Assembly (NCBI GenBank): GCA_964016885.1
Contig: OZ024742.1
Location: 52,576,001 to 52,640,000 of the forward strand
From: Eledone cirrhosa
Lineage: Eukaryota
Length of the DNA stretch: 64,000 nucleotides
Direction of reading: 5' to 3'
The translations under genes and the position numbers were made by a program. Below, in pieces: positions 1 through 17,059 of the stretch. A model generated the notes under the pieces. That model was not told the origin of the DNA and did no database searches. It saw only the letters and a program-made list of their open reading frames with translations. Within the stretch, counting starts at the first letter, position 1; the number at the start of each line of letters is the position of its first letter.

Positions 1-47
<47 letters not shown>

Positions 48-50
<3 letters not shown>

Positions 51-206
51 GGACACACTGGAGGGGGAATACCAAGGCTAACGTATGTTGATGCCCTAAG
101 TACAGACACTGGTCTTTTGGAGACGCAGAACATGGCAGCGATAATGAGGGACAGAGACCGCTGGAGAGAACTCGTCCATGGATCTCGGGAATTTTACCCG
201 CCCTAG
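48..206 (+). mobile_element. 3' end of an RTE-like LINE ORF (short inverted fragment also at ~29262-29308)
   Basis: Translates HGHTGGGIPRLTYVDALSTDTGLLETQNMAAIMRDRDRWRELV..*, resembling the RTE C-terminal GRP..TY.D.L..D.G...DR..W motif; followed by an A-run and (TA)n. Confidence 0.65.
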
Positions 207-228
207 AAAAAAAAAATATATATATATA

Positions 229-914
229 TATATGAAAGATGTAAAATAAGAAAATTATAGTAATTAACTTACTTACTTAAGTTTCACTCCAACTAATTAG
301 TTTCTGGAAGGGGATATACATAGTTTTCAAAGCTATGGAGAATCCTTTCTTCATCGGGGAGTCAATTCTCGGCTAAGATTCCTGGCGATAGGCGGACACA
401 GGGAGCTCAAACAAAAATAATTCAGTGAATGGAAAAAAAGCAAGCGCGGACTAAATTTCAAGGCAATGAAAATTTCACTGCCTTCCTGGTCAGTGGCAAA
501 TTCAAAAGAATCAATCACGTGACATCTAGGTTAATCAGTGAGGAGTGGGGTGTTAAAAAGACAGTAGCCAAAATGTTACTATGAACCATAGTAACTTTTT
601 TCCATTCACTGAATAATTTTTGTTTGCGCTCCCTGTGTCCGCCTATCGCCAGGAATCTTAGCCGAGAATTGACTCCCTGATGAAGAAAGGATTCTCCATA
701 GTTTTGAACACTATGTATATCCCCTTTCAGAAACTAATTAGTTGGAGTGAAACTTAAGTAAGTAAGTTAATTACTATAATTTTCTTATTTTACATCTTTC
801 ATATAATTGTTCTACATTTTTGTATTGAACCACAAAGTTACTAAGACAAAACCTATATCTTGCTAGCGTAAATATACATCTGTATAAATATGTTGGTAGA
901 TATACTAATTCTTT
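229..914 (+). mobile_element. Fold-back PLE-type mini-element (arms ~229-441 / ~593-805, tail to ~914) in (TA)n
   Basis: ~210-bp near-identical inverted arms, unique 3' tail, TA repeats on both sides, HHR motif in the arm. Confidence 0.8.
672..748 (+). ncRNA. Type I hammerhead ribozyme motif (mirror copy 286-362 minus, core CCGAUGA)
   Basis: ACTCC-CTGATGA-long stem II (GAAAGG..CCTTTC)-GAAA-CTAATTAG-TT-GGAGT; stem I ACTCC/GGAGT, palindromic stem III. Confidence 0.75.
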
Positions 915-941
915 ATATATATATATATATATATGTATATA

Positions 942-1991
<1,050 letters not shown>

Positions 1992-2971
1992 TAACATCCA
2001 GGAAAGATAGTCTTTCTTATAAGACATTATAGACTACGAATATCTCGAACGCCGAACAACCTCCGGCAGTAGAGAAAGAAAGGAAAAAAGATTTGGAAGA
2101 GAAAGTAAGAAAGAATTCTTTGATTTTCTTTTTTTTTAATGTTTATTTTGGAAATTAATATTTCAAACGTAAAAACAATTTATTTATGTTAAAGTATTTC
2201 CTTCTTTTATCCCTGCTAACGTATTGCAAGTAAAAATATTAAGAATTAAAAGTGCACTGGAAAACACAAAAAAGTAACTTCAATTACCAATCGAAAAAAA
2301 AACTTAGATATTAAGGAAATAAATATTGTAGTTTCTATGGAACAGCCTAAGATCTTGCATAGTAATTTATATTCAAGTCAATGAAATTTCACGCTCATAA
2401 CCTATTGGATGAAAATTCTTCATTTCTATCAAGAAAATCAAGTGATGAGAATTACAATGTAAAAAGCTTCTTGGCATTTGATTTTTACATTAAAATACAT
2501 GTATGCGTTCGTTTTCATATTTTTATGTTAAAATATTGTATGCGTTCATTTTAATATTTTTCAAAAGTATATTGAAATTTACAATAAAAAATATTTTTAA
2601 TGCAATAATCTAAATTGACCAAAATTACAGACACGTAACTCTGAAGTACTGGGAAATATAAATGTATAGATATAGATATATATGCATGCATAACACATAA
2701 CACATAACACATATGCACACATTGTTGAATTTATTTACTCAAACCTAATTGTATATATGTAAATGTGTGTTTTTATGTATGTGTGTGGTGGTGGTGTGTA
2801 AGTCGTGTGTATATCTCTGTGCTCATGTGTGTTGATGAAATTGTTTCACGATAGATCCATTTGCACATAAAAACAGCCTTACTATTTCTCAGACAAATAA
2901 ATACACATACACCTACCGTCCCTCCTCTCTCTTACTCTCCCTCTCTCTACCTCTCTCTTTCTTTCTTTCTT

Positions 2972-3002
<31 letters not shown>

Positions 3003-3147
3003 ACCACATTCATATTCAGGCATATATAGATTGAGAAAGATAGAGAGAACTGACATGAGTGATACAAAGAGAGAAAAGAGATGGGTAGATAGATAATTAT
3101 AGCATCGATTAAATTCAGTTTTTGGTATATAAAAGAAATCTATATAG

Positions 3148-3183
<36 letters not shown>

Positions 3184-3488
3184 GCGTGTGTGTATGTGTG
3201 TGTGTATAAGTTGTATATGTTCATCAGTTGAGGAGGCGGAGCGGTAGGTTGGTAAAATAGATAAGAGGGGAGAAGGGAGAGGAAGAGCAAGGTAATGATA
3301 ATGATGGATATGATGGTATTGTACATGAGGATCATGACTGTATTTTACACAAACACATATGCACACACATCAACGAAATATGTATGTATATATGTATGTA
3401 TATATGTTTGTATGTATGTATATATGATTGTATGTATGTATGTATATATGTATGTATATATGTATGTATGTATGTTTGCATATATGTG

Positions 3489-3556
<68 letters not shown>

Positions 3557-3630
3557 ACATATATATATATATGTTGATTTAAAACTGCACTATTCACAAG
3601 TGTTTTTAACCTTCATATCATGTCTCCCTA

Positions 3631-3697
3631 TTTTATCTGACGAAAACGCAAATGTCATCGCATGATGATATTTGTTTTTGACATGCGCATAATAAAA
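3631..3697 (+). ncRNA. Type I hammerhead motif with GACA in place of GAAA
   Basis: TTTTAT-CTGACGA-long stem II (GCAAATGTCATC/GATGATATTTGT)-GACA-TGCGCA-TA-ATAAAA; 6-bp stem I, palindromic stem III; in a ~150-bp island between (TA)n. Confidence 0.65.
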
Positions 3698-3727
3698 TAC
3701 ATGGAACTCTTTTAACCATCTTTTGAT

Positions 3728-3792
<65 letters not shown>

Positions 3793-3800
3793 GTATATAT

Positions 3801-3883
<83 letters not shown>

Positions 3884-3910
3884 ATCATATATATATATAT
3901 ACATATATTG

Positions 3911-4355
<445 letters not shown>

Positions 4356-4411
4356 TGATATATATATACATATATTGTATATATATATATATACATAAGC
4401 TTCCAGATGTA

Positions 4412-4483
<72 letters not shown>

Positions 4484-4494
4484 GTATTTAAAGC

Positions 4495-4970
4495 AAATAT
4501 TTAAAATTTGGCTCCGTTTATTAAAGATGTACTGCTATATATATTTCGGTGACAGCCAACATTGGCTGTGACCTCTTCAGGCAGTCCGAATTGGTCTGGT
4601 AGAGACAGGTACACGTGTTGTTAATGTGTTTTACTCCGTCAATACTTCGATATGTCCAGTTCCTCAGAGAAATAACAACCCAACCAGGAACTGGACATAT
4701 CGGAGTATTGATGGGGTAAAACACATTAACAACATGTGTACCTGTCTCTACCACACCAATTCGGACTGCATGAAGAGGTCACAGCCAAGGATGGATGTCA
4801 CCCAAATATATATAGCAGTGGATCTTTAATAAACGAAGCCAAATTTTAAATATTTAACTTAATTACTTTATTTTACATTACAACTGAGTAACCAAACCAA
4901 CCTGCGTACTTTGTCGAGTGCTCCAATCTGCTTACTGAGGTGTCGGTAAAGAACCAACATATACTTAAAA
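4495..4970 (+). mobile_element. Fold-back PLE-type mini-element (arms ~4495-4664 / ~4686-4855, tail to ~4970)
   Basis: ~170-bp inverted arms, 21-bp spacer, tail homologous to 61930-62025, TA flanks. Confidence 0.8.
4531..4585 (-). ncRNA. Intact type I hammerhead ribozyme (mirror copy 4765-4819 has a mutated core)
   Basis: ACTGC-CTGAAGA-GGTCACAGCCAATGTTGGCTGTCACC-GAAA-TATATA-TA-GCAGT, followed by AATAAA. Confidence 0.85.
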
Positions 4971-4996
4971 TATATATATATATATATATTTGTATA

Positions 4997-5086
<90 letters not shown>

Positions 5087-5110
5087 TACAGATATTGTAT
5101 ATATATATAT

Positions 5111-6341
5111 ATATATGAAAAAGTTTGTCCTCATCAGTGGCCATCCAATCGTCGTAGGCATTTCGTCGCATTAAAGGCCATATACCTCAGGTTGATGCGA
5201 CCAACGGCTAAAAAAAGGTCGTTGGGACACGTAAATAAAGGGGACGCTAGGGTAAACAAACAAAATGGTTTAAGCAGCAGAAAGTGATGAAGAAGGAAAC
5301 AAGTCCCAGATTTCTATGAATATAAATTCGGTGCAATCGTGAACGAGAGAATAAAGACCATCAAACCTGGTTGAAATGTGAGCAAGGAAGGAATTTCGCA
5401 CAGGTCTAACGGGAGGAAGAAGGGGTCTGGTCTGCGAATTCGGTAAACATAAGTTCTGTGAAGTCGCAGACGAGAGAGAGAGAAAAAAATTCTTACCGGC
5501 TTGGCCAAGTGCCCGCGAGAAAAGGATTACGGACAGGTGAAACGGGAAGAAAGGGGAGGAGGAGAGGTAGTGACAGAGAGTGAGTGAGTGAAAGGTGAGG
5601 AAGAGGCTAACAGAGAGAGAGACTGCTAGAAAGGGTAAAGACACAAAGAACGAAACAGAGTGGTGGCAGCGGAGGAAAAAATATATAACCCATTTGCAGC
5701 GCCGCAGCTCCATTATTATCATATTTACAAATATATTTTTTCCTCCGCTGCCACCACTCTGTTTCGTTCTTTGTATCTTTACCCTTTCTAGCAGTCTCTC
5801 TCTCTGTTAGCCTCTTCCTCACCTTTCACTCACTCACTCTCTGTCACTACCTCTCCTCCTCCCCTTTCTTCCCGTTTCACCTGTCCGTAATCCTTTTCTC
5901 GCGGGCACTTGGCCAAGCCGGTATGAATTTTTTTTGTCTCTCTCTCGTCTGCGACTTCACAGAACTTATGTTTACCGAATTCGCAGACCAGACCCCTTCT
6001 TCCTCCCGTTAGAGCTGTGCGAAATTCCTTCCTTGCTCACATTTCAACCAGGTTTGATGGTCTTTATTCTCTCGTTCACGATTGCACCGAATTTATATTC
6101 ATAGAAATCTGGGACTTGTTTCCTTCTTCATCACTTTCTGCTGCTTAAACCATTTTGTTTGTTTACCCTAGCGTCCCCTTTATTTACGTGTCCCAACGAC
6201 TTTTTTTTAGCCGTTGGTCGCATCAACCTGAGGTATATGGCCTTTAATGCGACGAAAGGCCTACGACGGTTGGATGGCCACTGATGAGGACAAACTTTTT
6301 CATATGTAACCCATTTGCAGCGCCGCAGCTCCATTATTATC

Positions 6342-6345
<4 letters not shown>
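5111..6345 (+). mobile_element. Large fold-back element (arms ~5111-5687 / ~5729-6305) whose spacer duplicates the 3' tail
   Basis: ~575-bp near-perfect inverted arms; TAACCCATTTGCAGCGCCGCAGCTCCATTATTATCATAT at ~5686 and again at ~6307. Confidence 0.8.
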
Positions 6346-6374
<29 letters not shown>

Positions 6375-6789
6375 TATAGATATAGACACAGATATTATAT
6401 ATATATATATGTGTGTGCCTGTGTACTCACACTAATACGATACACGTGTATGTGTGTCGTGTGTGTGTGTACTCACAAAAACACGATACACGTGTATGTG
6501 TGTCTGTCTGGGTGTGTGTACGTTTATTATACGCATTTGTGAATCTAAATTTGTGTAAGTATATATGTAGGTATATAGACACATGTCTATTATCAAATAC
6601 TTTTATATTTAATTCATTCAACATTAGTGAATTTCTGATTGTTTTTATCTATTTATTTTGGAGGGGGGTTGTTACACATTTTTCTCTATTGATTTGAACT
6701 TTTTTTTGTATATTTTATTTTAATAAACACCATCATTGTTTGATCTTATTTTCCTGGTGGTAGACACGTGCGCACACATATGATGTATA

Positions 6790-6897
<108 letters not shown>

Positions 6898-7364
6898 ATA
6901 TGTATTTTATATGTGTTTGTGTGTGTGTGTGTATGTATATATATATATATTTACATGTATATATATATATATATTCATATATATATACATATATATGTAC
7001 ATATATATATATATATATATATACGTGCATATATGTATATATATATGTATATCTATATATGTATATCTATATACATATATATATATATATACATATATAT
7101 ACATATATATACATGCATATATATATATATGTGTGTATATATATATATATATAGAATATACATATATTTATAGATTGATGGATAGATATGTATCAGTGTA
7201 TGTGTATGTGTATTTATCTTGCACAGAATTACTTATATATATCTGTGTGTCTGTGTATATATATATATATACACATATATCAATTTATTTCTGTAATTAC
7301 GCATGTTCATACATATATGCATACATGAATACATACGTGTGCACCATCATACATACATATATAA

Positions 7365-7690
7365 ACAATGGTTCTCCGTCGCTTGCAATGAACAACGACG
7401 AGTGTTCCAGTTTGTACGATTAACAGAACAACATATCCGTGGAATTAACGTGCAAGTGGCTCAGCTTTCCACACACGCTCGTACCCTTATCATAGTTCTT
7501 GGGAATAGTCAGTGTGACCAAACGGGCCCTTCGAATTACAGGTACAAATCATTTGTGTCAGCTGACTGAACTGGAGTGACGTGAAGTAAAGTGTCTTGCT
7601 AAATGACACAACGTGCCGCTGGGAATCGAACTCGCGACTTTACGATCGTGAGCTAAATAGCCTAACCAGTAGGTCTGGCGCCTTCACACA
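7365..7690 (-). mobile_element. tRNA-derived CORE-type SINE
   Basis: Minus strand has a tRNA-like head with B box GAGTTCGATTCC, then TTAGCAAGACACTTTACTTCACG..CCAGTTCAGTCAGCTG. Confidence 0.75.
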
Positions 7691-10268
<2,578 letters not shown>

Positions 10269-10270
<2 letters not shown>

Positions 10271-10390
10271 GAAGGCGTGTGGCTGAGTGGTTAGAGAATT
10301 GGATTCGCAATCGTGAGGTTGTGAGTTCGATTCCTGGACCGGGCGATGCGTTATGTCCTTGAGCAAGACATTTTATTTCACGTTGCTCCT
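10269..10390 (+). mobile_element. tRNA-derived SINE, 3'-truncated
   Basis: A box TGGCTGAGTGG, B box GAGTTCGATTCC, then CCTTGAGCAAGACATTTTATTTCACGTTGCTCC. Confidence 0.8.
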
Positions 10391-10504
10391 TCTACCTGGA
10401 GTTGCGACCGATAGATAGTATTAGCAATTGGAAAGACCAACGGAAACATTCTTTCCTCGGTCCGATTTGATGAAAGTCGATCGTTCCTTATATATATATA
10501 TATA

Positions 10505-11250
10505 TAGTGCAAATTTAGACGGGAACAAAACAGAGAGGCAGACAAATAAAGGTTTATTAGGTTCACACTCTTGAGAGTGGGGGGAGAATTACGTTTCGGG
10601 CATAAGCCCTTCTTCAGGAGTAAATAGGTTAGGAAGAGAGTTTCGAGGGTGTCTAGAAATATATTTAGAAAAAAGGGGGAAGGAGAACAAATAAAAATAA
10701 AAATAAACGTAAGAATAAACAATAAGATGAACAAGTGGTGGAAGGGTGTCAGGCGTGTAAGGGTGGTGGCGGGTGGAGGTGGGACAGGGAGGCGGGGGTC
10801 GAAGCGGGGAAGGCTGAAGGATGGTGTTTGTGTATGTGTGTAGGTGTACGTGAGTGTGTGTGCGTGTGTATGTGACAGGAATAACGAGGTTCCATGGTCA
10901 GTAAAAGGTGTGCGCGTGGGGTGGGGTGTAAGTCGGTGTGTGCGTGCGTGTGGAAGGAGAGAAGTCGGGGTGTGGGAGGGGGCGTGTGGATTCCGGAGGT
11001 TGAGTGTGTATATGTGGGGGTACGCACGTGTGTGTTTGTGTTTATACGTGGTATGGATGTGGGTGGCGTGGTGCGAAAAAATGTAAGTGTATGTTCGTGG
11101 GTAAGTTCCTGGGGTAGTTCCATCGAGTGTGCGAAGAGGTGTTGGATATTTTTCATGTTTTGGAGTGGATGGTTGGAGAGATGCCCGGTGGTGTAGAATT
11201 CAATGTTGGTGGTGGTCAGAAGTGGAGGGAAGTGGAGGCAGTAGAGCAGG
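10505..11250 (-). mobile_element. 3' UTR/pLTR of a Penelope-like element with a minimal hammerhead (10585-10621)
   Basis: Minus strand: CTGAAGA-AGGG-CTTATG-CCC-GAAA-CG-TA, then AATAAA and tail; organisation like the 3' end of the PLE at 22735-24960; stem I not evident. Confidence 0.65.
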
Positions 11251-11538
11251 ATGAAGATATATATATACAAACATACAAAGATACATACATACTTACATTC
11301 TTACATACTTATATACATACATACTTACATACATTCATACTTACATACATACTTACATACATTCATACTTACATACATACATGCTACATATGTATGCCTA
11401 CATACATACATACGCACACACACATGCATAAATACATGTATACATACACATATACATGCATACATACACATATACATACATACGGATGCACATACATAGA
11501 TACATACATACATACATACATACATACATACATACATT

Positions 11539-14500
11539 CCATCAGTCAACGCGATCAGTCACATATTTTGGCGTGGGAGACTATTTATTAAATTTAAGAC
11601 AGTAATGCCACAACTACAGCCAGGTTGAATAACTGGTTATTCTTCTAACTATCCCTTCGGAAGACACCTTTTATTCGAATTCGTAGAGATATCCGACTAA
11701 ATACATAATTCATTTTACAAGGATTTGCTTCAAACAGCATGGCTGAACACAACATCAACAAGAAAATTAAGGAAGTATCGCAGACAAATAACAAAGAAGG
11801 TAATCAAACTTTATTCAGTTGTAGCTACAGGAGAAACTGAAATTATAAATCGCATTTCTCTTGGAGTTGCGAACTTAATAATGATTTGTTTAATCGTTAT
11901 AAAATGACCAAAAACAATCCCTCCATTGGCTATATGAATAGAATGAAGCTACACTGGGACGAAATGCACCCAGAGCTAAATTATTTCACAGCGAAACAAT
12001 TACGCCAACAAGCGACGTTTGTTGAACGTAAAAATAAGATAAATATTATTAATTGTAAGTCCCCCACAACAAACCTGGAATCAACAACACGTGCTACAGA
12101 TCGCCATGCTACTAGACTTCCTAGCAGCCAGGTCGAACAGCGCCTTGAAACAACTATGCCTGTACCATCTAAGTCTACCTCGAATGCTGGGGAAAACACT
12201 ATCGATAATAATAATAATCGAAGAAATAATAATAATAATCGAATAAATGTGACACCACGTATACCATCTGAGTCTACCTCGACTGTTGTGGAAAATACTA
12301 TCGATAATGATAATCAAAAGTATAAACAATTGAAAATTTCCCTCAACGAAATCTTCCAGAGAGAAATTAACTCATGTATAAATATCTCTCTGGCTGAACG
12401 TGTTAAAATGACAATGGTGAATAAAAAAACAAATAATGAAATACTACGTGTTATTGACGAAATAGGGGATGAATATTTACGACGGATAAAAACCCCAACA
12501 TTTTGGCAAATCAACGCCTGTTTATATGCCTTAGCAATGATAGTGAAGCATTATCTTGGTGATAGCAGAGATATTAACAAGAACAAAACACCACCAAAAA
12601 TACCATCATATATAACTAAAATAGAAAAAAAGAGTGCTGACCTACGAAAAAACATAGGACATGTGATAATGCTCCTTACATGCAAACAAACACAAAAAAA
12701 CCTCACTCTTCACCAACAAAGAGTGAAAAATAAAATAGAGACGATGTTTGGTAACAGTAGAACCAGAACTCTCCAATATAAGCTGATCACCCTCAAACAA
12801 GAATTGAGAGCTGTTAGCGAAAAACGCCGATACCTGAAGAAGGTAGATGAGAGAAAAATGCTTAATAAAAGATTCAGACGAAACCAAACATCAGTCTATA
12901 GAGATATGAAGAACAAAATAATAAGTGTCACTGGGGCCCCATCCCAGAAAGACATAGATTCCTTTTGGAGAAAAATATGGGGTGAAAAGAAGAATTTCAA
13001 CCAAGATGCAGTGTGGCTAAGAGAAATCCGAAAGAACTATTGCTCCTACACTACAACAAAAACATACGAAATAAGTGAGGGTACCCTTGAGACTGTGATA
13101 GGAAAACTCCAAGATAAGAAAACACCAGGACGAGACATGATTGTCGGCTACTGGTACAAAAAACTAATATTCTATCGGAGGTATCTTACTGACCTCTACC
13201 AACAAGTTCTTAAGGGAGACACACTTATACCAGAATGGTTGAGATTAGCACAAACGTTACTGGTCCCCAAGAACAAAGACACCCACTTGGCAAAACACTA
13301 CCGACTCATTGCATGCCAGAACCTAATGTATAAGATGTATACAGCCTGCCTCAACCTATTCCTCCAAGATCACTGTGAAAATAATAACATCATCACAGAT
13401 GAACAAGCAGCTGGAAAGAAAAGGGTTTGGGGATGTGCTGAACAACTACAAATCAACAAAACTGCGATGTCGGAGGTGCGACAACTTAGGAGGAATATGA
13501 CTACAGTCTGGCTGGACTACAAGAAAGCTTTCGATTCTATTCCCCACTCTTGGATGATAGAGGCCCTCCAACTTGCTAAAGTCCCAGACATTATTGTCAG
13601 AGCCATAGAGAGGCTGTCTTCTTCTTGGGCTACTATCCTAAGGTTAAAGACAGAGAGGGAGGACTCTATTTTCACTGATAAAATAAAATATTGCAGGGGT
13701 ATATTTCAGGGGGACAGTCTCTCTGTGATATTGTTCATCTTATCATTAAACCCCTTGTCCTTTCTGCTCAAGAAATGTGAGGGATACATCATTGGCTCAC
13801 AGGAGGACAGAAATACGAACTTAACCCATAACTTCTTTGTGGACGATCTGAAACTCTATGCCAAGAACATGGATGGGATGAAGAAAAATCTTGACCTGGT
13901 TACAACGTTCTCAAAGGATATAGGAATGGAGTTTGGCCCAGATAAATGCTCATACATGACTGTAAAGCGGGGAAAAACAACAACCCAATCTAGCAACATT
14001 GTCATCAATGGTCTAACTGTTTCACCGATATCTGATGAGGACTGCTACTGATACCTGGGGATAGATGAGAACATATCCTATAATGGTATCTGTAATAAAG
14101 AATGCGTAACCAGGGAATACTACACTCGATTAAGAAAGATCTGGTCATCGGAACTCTTTACGCAAAACAAAACAGTGGCTCACAATGTGTTTGCTGTGCC
14201 TGTCCTAAGACTAACGTTTGGAATACTCAATTGGACGATAGACGAAATCCGAGCAGTTGATGTTGGAACTCGAAAAATACTGAACAACACCGGAAACTTC
14301 CACATCAACAGTGACATAGACCGCCTTTACTTGAAACGTAGGCAAGGAGGCAGAGGCCTAACATCAGTCCGACAACATTTGAATGTCACATCATATCTCT
14401 CCGACATCATCTACGAACCTCGAAGCGTAGGAGCCCGCTTCTCGAGCAAGTCGATCTGCATGAAACAGATAAGATCATGAGAGTTGGGAAGGAACTCCTT

Positions 14501-15639
14501 GAGAGATATTCCCTGTGTGATAATCAAAAACTCACACCCAGGGATGTCGCTCAGCAGTATCGCAGTGAATCCATGGATGAAAAGCTGCATGCCTATCAGC
14601 AAAAAATCATGCATGGATATGTTGCCAGGAAGCTCCAGAGTGAGAGTAATATAGATAAGGAAAGTAGTCTACTTGGACCAACAACCGCTATATTGGCTCC
14701 CACTTTGAAGGATACGCTTTTGCAATCCAAGAACAGGAGATTAGTACGAAATACCTGATTCACAAAAGAGATAGGGATGCAGGCAAAACACCTAGATATG
14801 ATAACAAGTGCAGACTCTGCAGAACTAACATCGAGGATATCACCCATGTCATCAGCAGCTGCCCAAAGATGTCATCGTGGTACTTTCTACCTATGAGGCA
14901 TGATGTAGTGGCCAAAACACTGTACAATGCAGTTCGTAAAAAAGATAGCCCCGATGATAAACACATTAAAAGCTACAACAATGTGGAAGACATCCATGTA
15001 CATAATATGAAAGAGTACTGGTGGAATGTTCCAGTAAAAACCCCAATAAAATGCAGGCATAACAGACCAGATATTATGATATGGGACAGGGAGAAGAAAA
15101 CATGCACAGTAGTGGAAATTAGCTGCCCAGCAGATGCCAATATAATATCAAAGATTAGTGAAAAGGAGAATATTTATGCAGTACTGATGAGAAATCTGTA
15201 GATACTCCAACCTGATTACACCTTCAGATTTATGCCTGTGATTATTGGGGCACTGGGATATGTTAGTAACTGCCTCAATACAAATCTTGAGAAGCTAGGC
15301 TTCACAGGAACAGAAAGAACACAACTAGTTAGGAAATTACAAGTACAATCCATTAATGGAACAGTAAAATTATGTAAAACATTCCAAAAATGTTGCATCT
15401 AATAACTGCATATACACATGTACAGATACAAAGCATATACACATGCACACATACAACTCAAAACATACACATCCACACATACAATAACATCCATATCTAC
15501 ACATGCATGCATGCAGACATACATACATATCTACCTAGTTGATGTTGTGTAAATTCCAACGAGAGAGTCTTGTGTCTATGTTAGAAACCGACTCTCTCTC
15601 TATTGGTAAAACTTTGTGAAATTATAAAACCAGAAGAAC
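11539..15639 (+). mobile_element. Near-full-length R4/Dong-clade non-LTR retrotransposon (RT + CCHC + restriction-like endonuclease), decayed
   Basis: WLDYKKAFDSIPH, GIFQGDSLS, FFVDDLKLY; C-terminal CRLC..H..C, RHD, RPDI..VEISCP; in-frame stops (14049, 15199) and frameshifts; flanked by (TACA)n. Confidence 0.88.
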
Positions 15640-16330
15640 ATACATACATACATACATACATACATACGTACATACATACATACATACATACATACATACA
15701 TACATACATACATACATACATACATACATACATACTTTTGGCTGCAAGTAATTTCATTTTAAGGAAATAATATATTCTCATACAATTTTCGAATCACTGA
15801 TATATCTTATACGAGAAAGGAAATCTTTACCAAGATTTTGATATCAAATACATTTAAAATACAAACATACGCAACAACAAACAAACATATCCACAAACAA
15901 AACGAATAACAATGAACAAACATAACAAAAAATATACTAAACAAAAAATATACTAAACAAAACCAACAAGTAGCCATCAAACAAATATATATAAAAACAT
16001 CTGAACAATCATAGAAACACGATAAAAAAAATAATGAGAAATCCATTTAGGAATAAATAAAAAACACAAAGATAAAAGCATATATGTAACTATAAAGAAA
16101 TATATATCATTATTTCCATTATATAAAATACTTCATGGATTTTTCCTCTTTTAAAGATTCCCAATTACTTCTATAGAGCCCCAAAATGAAAATTAATTTC
16201 TGCTTCAAAAACGGAGAATTGTCAACATTTATATTCTTGCTGAATTTTCTTTCTAACACGCACACACACACATACTTTCTGTTTCTCATCCCCTCTTTCT
16301 GTCTATAATTTTCCAATTCTCTCTCTCTCC

Positions 16331-16393
<63 letters not shown>

Positions 16394-16458
16394 CATGTAT
16401 GTGTATGTGCGTATATACATACTTACATATATACATATGTATGTATACATACATACGC

Positions 16459-16531
<73 letters not shown>

Positions 16532-16534
16532 CAT

Positions 16535-16900
16535 TATGGCTGCAAACTCTGCAATCGCTTGTCAGATTATAGAGTTTGGTACACTTTTAGGCTACGGCCA
16601 CCCACACGAACCTGTAACATATATTGAACAAGCAATGCCTGTGCTTTGAAGGTTTTTTAAATGAGGAAAGGCCTTGCATTCGACCAATCCCACTCTCTGA
16701 GCATATCATCGGATGCTTTCGAAGCCGCAGGTTTATTTTTTTCAGAGTTTCACTGTCCTAGAAAGATGTTGTGACAACAACTGGGGGCCTTTCACTCCCA
16801 GGTGAAAAAAAGTACTATTTGGATGTCCAAATATCACCCTCCTCACCAAACAAGCTTGATGGGGTTGCTGGTTTAGTCGCCGACGACCCGACCATGAGAC
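16535..16900 (-). mobile_element. Fragment related to the element at 43893-44510 (probable RTE-like 5' region)
   Basis: 16821-16900 aligns with 44385-44463. Confidence 0.5.
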
Positions 16901-16925
16901 ATACATACATACATACATACATACA

Positions 16926-16959
<34 letters not shown>

Positions 16960-16985
16960 CATACATACATACATACATACATACA

Positions 16986-17019
<34 letters not shown>

Positions 17020-17059
17020 CATAAATACATACGTACATACGTACATACATACATACATA

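Noticed and set aside
229-805. Fold-backs as MITEs or Foldback DNA transposons
   Set aside because: One-sided tails, hammerheads, polyA-like signals and the same plan in the RT-coding PLE argue for a retroelement origin
10269-10345. tRNA gene
   Set aside because: A and B boxes run directly into a SINE central domain; no complete cloverleaf
14049-14051. In-frame TGA in the R4 ORF as selenocysteine or readthrough
   Set aside because: It falls at the K/R position of Y.YLG, consistent with CGA-to-TGA decay, and the element has other stops and frameshifts
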